A stretch of DNA of 64,000 nucleotides from the human T2T-CHM13v2.0 reference genome, Homo sapiens. Under the pieces are notes generated by a model. It saw nothing but the letters and a program-made list of their open reading frames with translations. It did not search any database and was not told the DNA's origin. Each line of letters opens with the position of its first letter. Position 1 is the stretch's first letter. The position numbers were made by a program, and so were the translations under genes. Where the stretch lies: assembly GCF_009914755.1 (NCBI RefSeq), contig NC_060945.1; one strand, written 5' to 3'. Of the stretch, positions 14,220 through 27,560 are shown piece after piece.

Positions 14220-17200
14220 CCCTAGTGGAATGGAATGGAATGGAGTTTAATGGAATGGAATAGAATAGATTGGTATGGAATCAACCCGAGAGGAATGGTA
14301 TGGAATGGAATGCAATGGAATGGAATGGAATGCAACAAAATGGAATGGAATGGAATGGTATCAACCCGTGTGGAAGGGAATGGAATGGAATGGAATCAAC
14401 CGGAGTGGAATGGAATGGAATGGAGTGGAATGGAATGGAATGCAATGAAATGGAAAGGAACGGAATTTAATCACCCCGAGTGGAATGGAATAGAATGGAA
14501 TGGAAAGGAATGGAATCAACCCGAGTGGAATGGAATGGAATGGAATGGAATGGAATGCAATGGAATCAACCAGAGTGGAAAGGAATAGAATGGAATGGAT
14601 TATAATGCAATGGAATGGAATCAATCCTGGTGGAATGGAACGGAATGGCATGGAGTGGAATGGAACGGAATGGAATGGAATGGAATGGAATGGAATGGAA
14701 TGGAATGGAAAGGAATCAACCCGAAAGGAATGGAATGGAATGAAATGGAAAGGAATGGAATGCAATGGATTGGAATGGAATGAAATGGATTCAACCCGAA
14801 TGGAATGGAATGGAATGGAATGGAATGTTATATAATCAACACGAGTGGAATGAAATGAATGGAAAGAAATGGAATGGAATGCAATGGAATGGAATGGAAT
14901 GGAATGGAATGGAATGGAATGGAATCAACCCGAATGGAATTGAATGGAAAGGAATGGAATGGAATGGATTGGAATGGAATGGAATGGAATGGAATGGAAT
15001 GGAGTGGAATGGAATGGAATGGAATCATCCCGAGTGGAATGGAATGGTATGGAATGCAATGGAATGGAATGGAACAGAATGGAAAGGAATGGAATGGAAT
15101 AGATTGAATCTGAGAGGAATTGACTGGAGTGGAATGGATGGAAATGGAATGCAAGGGATTCAACCCAGTTGAATGTCATGGATTGGAAAGGAGTGGAATG
15201 GAATGGAATGGAAAGGAGTGGAATGGAATGGAATGGAATCAACACGAATGGAATGGAACGGAATGGAATGGAATGGAATGGAATGGAATGGAATGGAAAC
15301 AACACGAATGGAATGGAACGGAACGGAATGCAATGGAATGCTGTGGAATGCAATGAAATAAACACGAATAGAATGGACCGGAATGGAACGGAATGGAATG
15401 GAATGGAATGGAATGCAGTGGAATGGCATGAAATGGAAAGGAACGGAATGGAATTAACCCAAGTGGAACGGAATGGAATGGAAAGGAATCAACCCGAGTG
15501 GAATGAAATGGAATGGAATGCAATGGAATGGAGCAGAATCAATCTGAGTCTAATGCAATGGAATGGAAGGGAATGGAGTGGAATGGAATGGAATGGAATG
15601 GAATGGAATGGAATGGAATGGAACGGAATAGAATCCAATGGAATCAACTGGGATGGAATAGCATAGAATGGAATGGAATGGAATGAAATCAATCCGGGTA
15701 GAATGGAATGGAATGTATGGAGTGGAATGGAATGGAATGGAGTGGAATGGAATGGAATGGTATGGAATCAACCCGAGTGGAATGGAATTGAATGGAATTC
15801 AATGGAATGAAACGGAATATAATGGAATGGATTGGAAACATCCCGAATGGAATGGAATGGTATGGAATGCAATGGAACAGAATGGAAAAGAACGGAATGC
15901 AATGGAACGGAATAGATTGAATCAGAGAGGAATTCAATGGAGAGGAATGGACTGCAATGGAATGCAATGGATTCAAACCTAGTTGAATGTTATGGATTGG
16001 AAAGGAATGGAATGGAATGCAGTGGAATGGAATGGAGTGGAATCAACACGAATGGAATGGAACGGAATGGAATGGAATGGAATGGAATGGAATGGAATGG
16101 AATGGAACGGAATGGAATGGAAAAAACAAGAATAGAATGGAAAGGAATGGAATGGAATGCTGTGGAATGGAATGGAATGGAATGAAATAAACACGAATAG
16201 AATGGAATGGAATGGAATGCAATGGAATGGAATGGAATGGAATGGAGTGAAAGGAAAGGAACGGAATGCAATTAACCTGAGTGGAATTGAATGGAATGGA
16301 AAGGAATGAACCCGAGTGGAATGAAATGTAATGTAATGCAATGGAATGGAGCGGAATCAACCTGAGTGGAATGGAATGGACTGGAATGGAATGGAATGGA
16401 ATGGAATGGAATGGAATGGAATGCAATGGAATGGAATGCAATGGAATGGAATCAACCCGAATGGAATGGAACGAAATGGAATGGAAAGGAATGGAATGGA
16501 ATGGAATGGAATGGAATGGAATTGAATGGAATGGAATCATCCCGAGTGGAATGGAATGGTATGGAATGCAATGGAATGGAATGGAACAGAACAGAAAGGA
16601 ATGGAATGGAATAGATTGAATCCGAGAGGAATTCACTGGAGTTGAATGGATTGGAATGGAATGCAAGGGATTCAACCCAGTTGAATGTCATGGATTGGAA
16701 AGAGTGGAATGAAATGGAATGGAAAGGAGTGTAATGGAATGGAATGAAATCAACACGAATGGAATGGAACGTAAAGGAATGGAATGGAATGGAATGGAAT
16801 GGAATGGCAACAACACGAATGGAATGGAAAGGAAGGGAATGGAATGGAATGCTGTGGAATGGAATGGAATGGAATGAAATAATCACGAATAGAATGGAAC
16901 GGAATTGAACGGAATGGAATGGAATGGAATGGAATGGAATGGAATGGAAAGGAATGGAGTGGAATGGAGTAAACACCAGTGGAATGAAATGGAATCAAAT
17001 GAAATAGAATGGAATGGAATGGAATGGAATGGAATGGAATGGAATGGAATGGAATGAACCCGAATGGAATGGAATGGAATGGAATGGAATGGAATGGAAT
17101 GAAATCAACCCAAGTGGAATGGAACGGAATGGAATGCAATTGAATGGAATGGAAATGAATGGAATCAACTGTAATGGAATTAAGTGGAATGGAATAGAGT

Positions 17201-20200
17201 GGAATGGAATGGAATGCCATGGAATCAACCCGAGTTAAATGCAATGAAATGTAATGGAATGGAATGGAATGCAATGGAATGGAATGGAATCAACTCGAGT
17301 GGAGTGGAATAAAATGGAATGGAATGGAATGGAATCCACCCGAGTGGAATGGAATGGAATGGAATGGAATGGAATGGAATGGAATCAACCCGAGAGGAAT
17401 AAAACGGAATAGAATGGAATGGAATCAACCCGAGAGGAACGGAATGGAATGCAATGGAATGGCATCAACCCGAGTGGAATGGAATGGAAAGGAATGGAAT
17501 GGAACAGAACGGAATGCAATGGAATCACCTGGAATGGAATAGAATGGATTGGAATGGAATGGAATGGAATGGTATGGAATCAACCAGAGTGGAATAGTAT
17601 GGAATGGAATGGAATGGAATGCCATAAAATGGAATGTAATGCAATGGAATCCACCCGAGTGGAATTGAATGGAATGGAAGGGAAGGGAACGGAATCTAAT
17701 GATTTTAACCCGAGTGGAATGGAATGGAATGGAAGGAATGGAATCAACCCGAGTGGAATGAAATGGAATGTAATGCAATGGAATGGAGAGGAAAAAACTC
17801 GAATGGAATAGAATGGAATGGAATGGACTGCAATGGAATGGAACGGAATGGAATCCAATGGAAACATCTGGAAAGGAATGGAATGGAATGGAATGGAGTG
17901 GAATGGAATCAATCCGGGTGGAATGGAATGGAATCTAAAGGAGTAGAATGGAATGGAATGGAATGGAATGGAATGGAACGGAATGGAACGAAATGGATTT
18001 GAATGGCATGGAATGAACCCGAAAGGAATGGAATGGAATGGAATGGAATAGAATGGAATGGAATGAAATGGAATAGAAACAACTGGAGTGGAATGGAATG
18101 TAATGGAATGGAGTGGAATGGAATGGAATTGAATGGAATGGAATGCGATGGAATGGAATCAACCCGATTGGAATGGAATGGAATGGAAAGGAATGGAATG
18201 GAATCAACCAGAGTGGAATGGAATGGAATGGAATGCAATGGAATTGAACAGAATACAATGGAATTGAATGGAGTCATCCCGAGTGGAATGGGATTGTATG
18301 CAATGCAACGGAATGGAATGGAACAGAACGGAATGGAATGGAATCAATAGATTGAATCCGAGTGGAATTGAATGGAATGGAATGGATTGGAATGGAATGG
18401 AATGGATTGGAATGGAAAGCAATGGTTTCAAACCGATTGGAATGTCATGGATTGCAATGGAGTGGAATGGAATGGAATGGAAAGGAATGGACTGGAATGG
18501 AGGAAACACCAGTGGAATGAAAGGGAATGGAATGAAATAGAATGGAATGGAATGGAATGGAATGAACCCGAATGGAATGGAATGGAATGGAAAGAAATCA
18601 ACCCGAGTGGAATGGAACGGATTGGAATGCAATTAAATGGAATGGAAAGGAATGGAAATAAAACGAATGGAATGGAACGGAATGGAAAGGAATGGAATGG
18701 AATGGAATGGAAACAACACGAATGGAATGGAACGGAACGGAATGGAATGGAATGCTGTGGAATGGAATGGAATGGAATGAAATAAACACGAATAGAATGG
18801 AACGGAATGGAATTAACCCGAGTGGAACGGAATGGAATGGAATGGAATGGAATGGAATCCAGCCGAATGGGATGGATTGCAATGGAATGGAATGGAATGG
18901 AATAGAATCAACCCGAATGGAATGGAACGGAATGGAATGAAAAGGAATGGAATGGAAAGGAATGGAATGGAATAGAATGGAATAAACCAGAATGGAATGG
19001 AATGGAATGGATTGGAATGGAATGGAATGGAATGGAATGCTATGGAATCAACAGGAGGGTAATGGAAATGAATGGAATGGAATGGAATGGAATGGAATAA
19101 ACCCAAGTGCAATGGAATGGAATAGAATGCAATGGAATCAACCCAAGTGGAATGGAATAGAAAGGCATGCAATGGAATGGAATGGAAAGCAAAGGAATGG
19201 AATCAACCAGACTGGAATGGAATGGAATGGAAAGGAATGAAGGGAATGGAATGGAATGGAAAGGTATGGAATCAACTCGAGTGGAATGGAATGGAATGGA
19301 ATGGAATGGAATGGAATGGAATGGAATGGAATGGAGTGGAATGGAAGGCAAGGCAATGGAATGGAATGGAATGGAATGGAACGGAACGGAATGGATTTGA
19401 ATGGCATAGAATGAACCCGACTGGAATGGAATGCAATGGAATGGAATGGAATGGAATGGAATGGAATGGAATGGAATGGAAAAGAATCAAATCGAATGGA
19501 ATGGAATGGAATGGAATGGAGTGGAATGGAATGGAATTGAATGGAATGGAATGGAATGGAAAGGAATCAACCCGGATGGAATGGAATGGAATGGAATGGA
19601 ATGGAATGGAATGGAATGGAATCAAACCGAGTGGAATGGAATGGAATGGAATTCAATGGAATGAAATGGAATGGGATGGTATGGAATCAACCCGAGTGGA
19701 ATATTATCGAATGAAATGGAATGGAATGGGATGGTATGGAATCAACCCGAGTGGAATATTATCGAATTAAATGGAATGGAACGGAATGGAATGGAATAAA
19801 ATGCAATGGAATGGAATGGAATCAACCAGAGTGGAATGGAATATAATGGAATGGAATGGAATTAAATCGAGAGGAACAGAATGGAATCAACACGAGTGGA
19901 ATGGAATGGAATGGAATGGAATGGAATCAACCCGAGTGGAATGGAATGCAATGGAATGAAGCGGAATATAATGCAATGGAATGGAAACATCCCGAGTGGA
20001 ATGGAATGGTATGGAATGCAACGGAATGGAATGGAACAGAACGGAATGGAATGGAACGGAATAGATTGAATCAGAGAGGAATTGAATGCAGAGGAATGGA
20101 TTGGAATGGAATGCAATGGATTCAACCCTAGTTGAATGTCATGGATTGGAAAGGAATGGAATGGAACGGAATGGAATGGAATGGAGTGGAATGAAATGGT

Positions 20201-21628
20201 GTGGAATCAACACGAATGGAAAGGAACGAAATGGAATGGAATGGAATGGAATGGAATGGAATGGAATGGAATGGAATGGAATGGAAACAACACGAATAGA
20301 ATGGAACGGAATGGAATGGAATGCTGTGGAATGGAATGGAATGGAAAGGAATCAACCCGAGTGGAATGAAATGGAATGTAATGCAATGGAATGGAGCGGA
20401 ATCAACCTGAGTCAAATGAAATGGAATGGAGTGGAATGGAGTGGAATGGAATGGAATGGAATGGAATGGAATGGAATGGAACGGAATGGAATCCAATGGA
20501 ATCAACTGGAATGGAATAGCACAGAATGGAATGGAATGGAATGGAATCAATCCGGGTGGAATGGAATGGAATGTATGGAGTGGAATGGAATGGAATGGAG
20601 TGGAATGGAATGGAATGGAATGCAGCGGAATTTAATGGAACGGAATCAACCCGAATGGAATGGAACGGAATGGAGTGGAAAGGAATGGAATGGAATGGAA
20701 TGGAATGGAATGGAATGGAATCAACCTGAATAGGATGGAATGGAATGGAATGGAATGGAATACAATGGAATGCTATGGAATAAACACGAGTGTAATGGAA
20801 ATGCATGGAATGGAATGGAATGGAATGGAATGGAATCAACCCAAGTGCAATGGAATGGAATGGAATGCAATGGTATCAACCCGAGTGGAATGGAATGGAA
20901 AGGAATGAAATGAAATGGAATGGAAAGGAATGGAATGGAATCAACCCGAATGGAATGGAATGGAATGGAATGGAATGGAAAGTAAAGAATGGAATGGAAT
21001 GGAATGGATTGGAATGGAATGGTATGGAATCAACCCGAGTGGAATGGAATGGACAGGAATGGAATAGAATGGAATGGGATGGAATGGAATGCAATGGAAT
21101 GGAAAGGAATAGTACGGAATGGAACGGAATGGAATAGAATGAACACGAACGGAATGGAATGGAAAGGAATGGATTGGAATGGAATGGAATGGAATCAACC
21201 CGAGTGGAACGGAGTGTAATGAAATGGAGAGGAAAGGAAAGGAATGGAATGGAATGGAATAAACACGAATGGAATGGAATGGAATGGAATGGAATGGAAT
21301 GGAATGGAATGGTATGGAATCAACCCGAGTGGAATGGAATGGACAGGAATGGAATAGAATGGAATGGGATGGAATGGAATGCAATGGAATGGAATGGAAT
21401 AGAAAGGAATGGTACGGAATGGAACGGAATGGAATAGAATGAACACGAATGGAATGGAATGGAAAGGAATGGATTGGAATGGAATGGAATGGAATCAACC
21501 CGAGTGGAACGGAATGTAATGGAATGGAGTGGAATGGAATGGAATGGAATGGAATGGAATGGAATGGAATCAACACGAATGGAATGGAATGGCATGGAAT
21601 GGAAGGGAATGGAATGAAATGGAATCAA
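14220..21628 (+). repeat. Domain I higher-order unit 3 (7409 bp; core plus ~2.6 kb segment at ~16870-19480)
   Basis: Core landmarks are collinear with unit 2 over 14220-~16860 and ~19481-21628. The intervening segment is absent from unit 2, and its last ~0.65 kb matches ~6.5-7.1 kb (ATCCAGCCGAATGGGATGG at 6511 and ~18857). Confidence 0.82.
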
Positions 21629-24550
21629 CCCTAGTGGAATGGAATGGAATGGAGTTTAATGGAATGGTATAGAATAGATTGGTATGGAATCAACCCGAGA
21701 GGAATGGTATGGAATGGAATGCAATGGAATGGAATGGAATGCAACAAAATGGAATGGAATGGAATGGTATCAACCCGAGTGGAAGGGAATGGAATGGAAT
21801 GGAATCAACCGGAGTGGAATGGAATGGAATGGAGTGGAATGGAATGGAATGCAATGAAATGGAAAGGAACGGAATTTAATCACCCCGAGTGGAATGGAAT
21901 AGAATGGAATGGAAAGGAATGGAATCAACCCGAGTGGAATGGAATGGAATGGAATGGAATGGAATGGAATGGAATGGAATGGAATCAACCTGAGTGGAAT
22001 GGAATGGAATGGAATGGAATGGAATGGAATGAACACGAGTGGAATGGAATAGAATGAAATGCAATGGAATGAAATGGAATGCAATGGAATGGAATGGAAT
22101 GCAAGGCATTGGAATCAACTGGAATGGAATGGAATGCAATGGAATGGAATGGAATGCAATGGAATCAACCAGAGTGGAAAGGAATAGAATGGAATGGATT
22201 ATAATGCAATGGAATGGAATCAATCCTGGTGGAATGGAACGGAATGGCATGGAGTGGAATGGAACGGAATGGAATGGAATGGAATGGAATGGAATGGAAT
22301 GGAATGGAAAGGAATCAACCCGAAAGGAATGGAATGGAATGAAATGGAAAGGAATGGAATGCAATGGATTGGAATGGAATGAAATGGATTCAACCCGAAT
22401 GGAATGGAATGGAATGGAATGGAATGTTATATAATCAACACGAGTGGAATGAAATGAATGGAAAGAAATGGAATGGAATGCAATGGAATGGAATGGAATG
22501 GAATGGAATGGAATCAACCCGAATGGAATTGAATGGAAAGGAATGGAATGGAATGGATTGGAATGGAATGGAATGGAATGGAATGGAATGGAGTGGAATG
22601 GAATGGAATGGAATCATCCCGAGTGGAATGGAATGGTATGGAATGCAATGGAATGGAATGGAACAGAACGGAAAGGAATGGAATGGAATAGATTGAATCT
22701 GAGAGGAATTGACTGGAGTGGAATGGATGGAAATGGAATGCAAGGGATTCAACCCAGTTGAATGTCATGGATCGGAAAGGAGTGGAATGGAATGGAATGG
22801 AAAGGAGTGGAATGGAATGGAATGGAATCAACACGAATGGAATGGAACGGAATGGAATGGAATGGAATGGAATGGAATGGAATGGAATGGAATGGAATGG
22901 AATTGAATGGAATGGAAACAACACGAATGGAATGGAACGGAACGGAATGCAATGGAATGCTGTGGAATGCAATGAAATAAACACGAATAGAATGGACCGG
23001 AATGGAACGGAATGGAATGGAATGGAATGGAATGCAGTGGAATGGCATGAAATGGAAAGGAACGGAATGGAATTAACCCGAGTGGAACGGAATGGAATGG
23101 AAAGGAATAAACCCGAGTGGAATGAAATGGAATGTAATGCAATGGAATGGAGCAGAATCAATCTGAGTCTAATGCAATGGAATGGAAGGGAATGGAGTGG
23201 AATGGAATGGAATGGAATGGAATGGAATGGAATGGAATGGAACGGAATAGAATCCAATGGAATCAACTGGGATGGAATAGCATAGAATGGAATGGAATGG
23301 AATGAAATCAATCCGGGTAGAATGGAATGGAATGTATGGAGTGGAATGGAATGGAATGGAGTGGAATGGAATGGAATGGTATGGAATCAACCCGAGTGGA
23401 ATGGAATTGAATGGAATTCAATGGAATGAAACGGAATATAATGGAATGGATTGGAAACATCCCGAATGGAATGGTATGGAATACAATGGAATAGAATGGA
23501 AAAGAACGGAATGCAATGGAACGGAATAGATTGAATCAGAGAGGAATTCAATGGAGAGGAATGGACTGCAATGGAATGCAATGGATTCAAACCTAGTTGA
23601 ATGTTATGGATTGGAAAGGAATGGAATGGAATGCAGTGGAATGGAATGGAGTGGAATCAACACGAATGGAATGGAACGGAATGGAATGGAATGGAATGGA
23701 ATGGAATGGAATGGAACGGAATGGAATGGAAAAAACACGAATAGAATGGAACGGAATGGAATGGAATGCTGTGGAATGGAATGGAATGGAATGAAATAAA
23801 CACGAATAGAATGGAATGGAATGGAATGCAATGGAATGGAATGGAATGGAATGGAGTGAAAGGAAAGGAACGGAATGCAATTAACCTGAGTGGTATTGAA
23901 TGGAATGGAAAGGAATGAACCCGAGTGGAATGAAATGTAATGTAATGCAATGGAATGGAGCGGAATCAACCTGAGTGGAATGGAATGGAATGGAATGGAA
24001 TGGAATGGAATGGAATGGAATGCAATGGAATGGAATGGAATGCAATGGAATGGAATGCAATGGAATGGAATCAACCCGAATGGAATGGAACGGAATGGAA
24101 TGGAAAGGAATGGAATGGAATGGAATGGAATGGAATGGAATGGAATGGAATGGAATCATCCCGAGTGGAATGGAATGGTATGGAATGCAATGGAATGGAA
24201 TGGAACAGAACAGAAAGGAATGGAATGGAATAGATTGAATCCGAGAGGAATTGACTGGAGTTGAATGGATTCGAATGGAATGCAAGGGATTCAACCCAGT
24301 TGAATGTCATGGATTGGAAAGGAGTGGAATGAAATGGAATGGAAAGGAGTGGAATGGAATGGAATGGAATCAACACGAATGGAATGGAACGTAAAGGAAT
24401 GGAATGGAATGGAATGGAATGGAATGGAATGGAATGGCAACAACACGAATGGAATGGAAAGGAACGGAATGGAATGGAATGCTGTGGAATGGAATGGAAT
24501 GGAATGAAATAATCACGAATAGAATGGAACGGAATTGAACGGAATGGAAT
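21629..24550 (+). repeat. Domain I higher-order unit 4 (truncated, first ~2.9 kb only)
   Basis: Collinear with 14220-~16915, including GAAATAATCACGAATAGAATGGAACGGAATTGAAC (~16876 and ~24506), then departs. It carries a 190-bp extra segment near 21960-22150. Confidence 0.78.
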
Positions 24551-25380
24551 GGAATGGAATGGAATGGAATAGCATGAAATGGAAAGGAACGAAATGGAAT
24601 TAACCCTAGTGGAACGGAATGGAATGGAAAGGAATCAACCCGAGTGGAATGAAAGGGAATATAATGCAATGGAATGTAGCGGAATGAACCTGAGTCTAAT
24701 GCAATGGAATGGAATGGAATGGAGTGGAATGGAATGGAACGGAATGGAATGGAATGGAATGGAATGGAACGGAATGGAATCCAATGGAATCAACTGGGAT
24801 GGAATAGCATAGAATGGAATGGAATGGAATGGAATCAATCCGAGTGCAATGGAATGGAATGTATGGAGTGGAATGGAATGGAATGCAGTGAAATGGAATG
24901 GAATGGAATCAAACCGAATGGAATGGAACGGAATGGAATGGAATGGAAAGGAATGGAATGGAATGGAATGGTATGGAATGGAATGGAATGGAATGGAATG
25001 GAATGGAATAGAATCAACCCGAATGGGATGGAATGGAATGGAATGGAAGGGAATGCAATGGAATGCAATGGAATGCTATGGAATCATCCCGAGTGTAATG
25101 GAAATGCATGGAATGGAATGGAATGGAATGGAATGGAATGGAATGGAATGGAATCAACCCAAGTGCAATGGAATGGAATGGAATGCAACGGAATCAACCC
25201 GAGTGGAATGGAATGGAATGGAATGGAATGGAATGGAATGGAATGGAATGGAAAGGTATGAATGGAATGGAATGGAATGGAATGGAAACAGCACGAATGG
25301 AATGGCATGGAATGTAATGTAATGTAATGGAATGGAATGGAATGGAATGGAATGGAATGGAATGGAATGGCATGGAATCA

Positions 25381-27560
25381 ACCCGAGTGGAATGGAATGG
25401 AATGGAGTTTAATGGAATGGAATAGAATAGATTGGTACGGAATCAACCCGTGAGGAATGGTATGGAATGGAATGCAATGGAATGGAATGGAATGGAATAA
25501 AATGGAATGGAATGGAATGGAATGGAATCAACCCGAGTGGAAGGGAATGGAATGGAACAGAACCAACCGGAGTGGAATGGAATTGAATGGAGTGGAATGG
25601 ACTGGACTGCAATGAAATGGAAAGGAACGGAATGGAATCAACCCGGGTAGAATGGAATAGAGTGGAATGGAATGGAATGGAATAAACCCAACTGGAATGG
25701 TATGGAATGGAATGGAATGGAATTAACACGAGTGGAATGGAATGGAATGGATTGCAATGGAATCAACAGGAGTGGAATGGTATAGAATGGAACGGATTAT
25801 AATGCAATGGAATGGAATCAATCCTGATGGAATGGAACGGAATGGCATAGAGTGGAATGGAATGGAATTGAATGGAATGGAATGGAATGGAATGGAATCA
25901 TCCCAAAAGGAATGGAACGGAATGAAATGGAAAGGAATGGAATGCAATGGATTTGAATGGAATGAAATGGATTCAACCCGAATGGAATGGAATGGAATGG
26001 AATGTTGTGGAATCAACACGAGTGGAATGAAATGAATGGATTGGAATGCAATGGAACGGAATGGAATGGAATCAACCTGAATGGAAAGGAACGGAATGGA
26101 ATGGAAAGGAATGAAATGGAATGGAATGGAATGGAATGGAATGGAATGGAATCATCCCGAGTGGAATGGAATGGTATGAAATGCAGTGGAATGGATTGGA
26201 ACAGAACGGAAAGGAATGGAATGTAATAGATTGAATCCGAGAGGAATTGTCTGGAGTGGAAAGGATTGGAATGGAATGCAAGGGATTCAACCCAGTTGAA
26301 TGTCATGTATTGGAAAGGAGTGGAATGGAATGGAATGGAAAGGAGTGGAATGGAATGGAATGCAATCAACACGAATGGAATGGAACGGAAAGGAATGGAA
26401 TGGAATGGAATGGAAACAACACGAATGGAATGGAACGGAACGGAATGCAATGGAATGCTGTGGAATGGAATGGAATGGAATGAAATAAACACGAATAGAA
26501 TGGAACGGAATGGAACGGAATGGAATGGAATGGAATGGAATGGAATGGAATGGAATGACATGAAATGGAAAGGAATGGCATGGAATCAACCCGAGTGAAA
26601 TGAAATGGAATGTAATGCAATGGAATGGAGCGGAATCAACCTGAGTCTAATGCAATGGAATGGAATGGAATGGAGTGGAATGGAATGGAATGGAATGGAA
26701 AGGAATGAATGGAATGGAATTAAATGGAATAGAATGGAATCAGCACGAATGGAATGGAATGGCATGGAATGGAATGGAATGGAATGGAAAGGATCGGAAT
26801 GGAATCAACCCGAGTAGAATGGAATAGAATGGAATGGAATGGAATGGAATCAACCCGAATGGAATGGAATGGAATGGAATGGAATGGAATGGAATGGAAT
26901 GGAATGAACACGAGTGGAATGGAATAGAATGGAATGCAATTGAATGGAATGGAATGCAAGGCATTGGAATCAACTGGAATGGAATGGAATGGATTGCAAT
27001 GGAACGAACCGGAGTGGAATCGAATAGAATGGAATGGATTATAATGCAATGGAATGGAATCAATCCTGGTGGAATGGAACAGAATGGCATGGAGTGGAAT
27101 GGAATGGAATGGAATGGAATGGAATGGAATGGAATGGAATGGAATCAACCCGAAAGGAATGGAATGGAATGAAATGGAAAGGAATGGAATGCAATGAGTT
27201 GGAATGGAATGAAATGTATTCAACCAGAATGGAATGGAATGGAATGTTATGGAATCAACACGAATGGAATGAAATGAATGGAATGGAATGGAATGGAATG
27301 CAATGGAATGGAATGGAATGGAATCAACCCAAATGAAATGGAACGGAATGGAATGGAAAGGAATGGAATGGAATGGAATGGAATGGAATGGAATCATCTC
27401 GAGTGGAATGGAATGGTATGGAATGCAATGGAATGGAATGGAACAGAACGGAAAGGAATGGAATGGAATAGATGGAATACGAGAAGAATTGACTGGAGTG
27501 GAATGGATTAGAATGCAATGCAAGGGATTCAACCCAGTTGAATGTCATGGATTGGAAAGC
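25381..27560 (+). repeat. Older, diverged partial copies of the domain I unit start
   Basis: GGAGTTTAATGG...ATAGATTGGTA at ~25404 and GGATTATAATGCAATGGAATGGAATCAATCCTG at ~25794 and ~27036 recur with many more substitutions than units 1-4 show among themselves. Confidence 0.7.
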
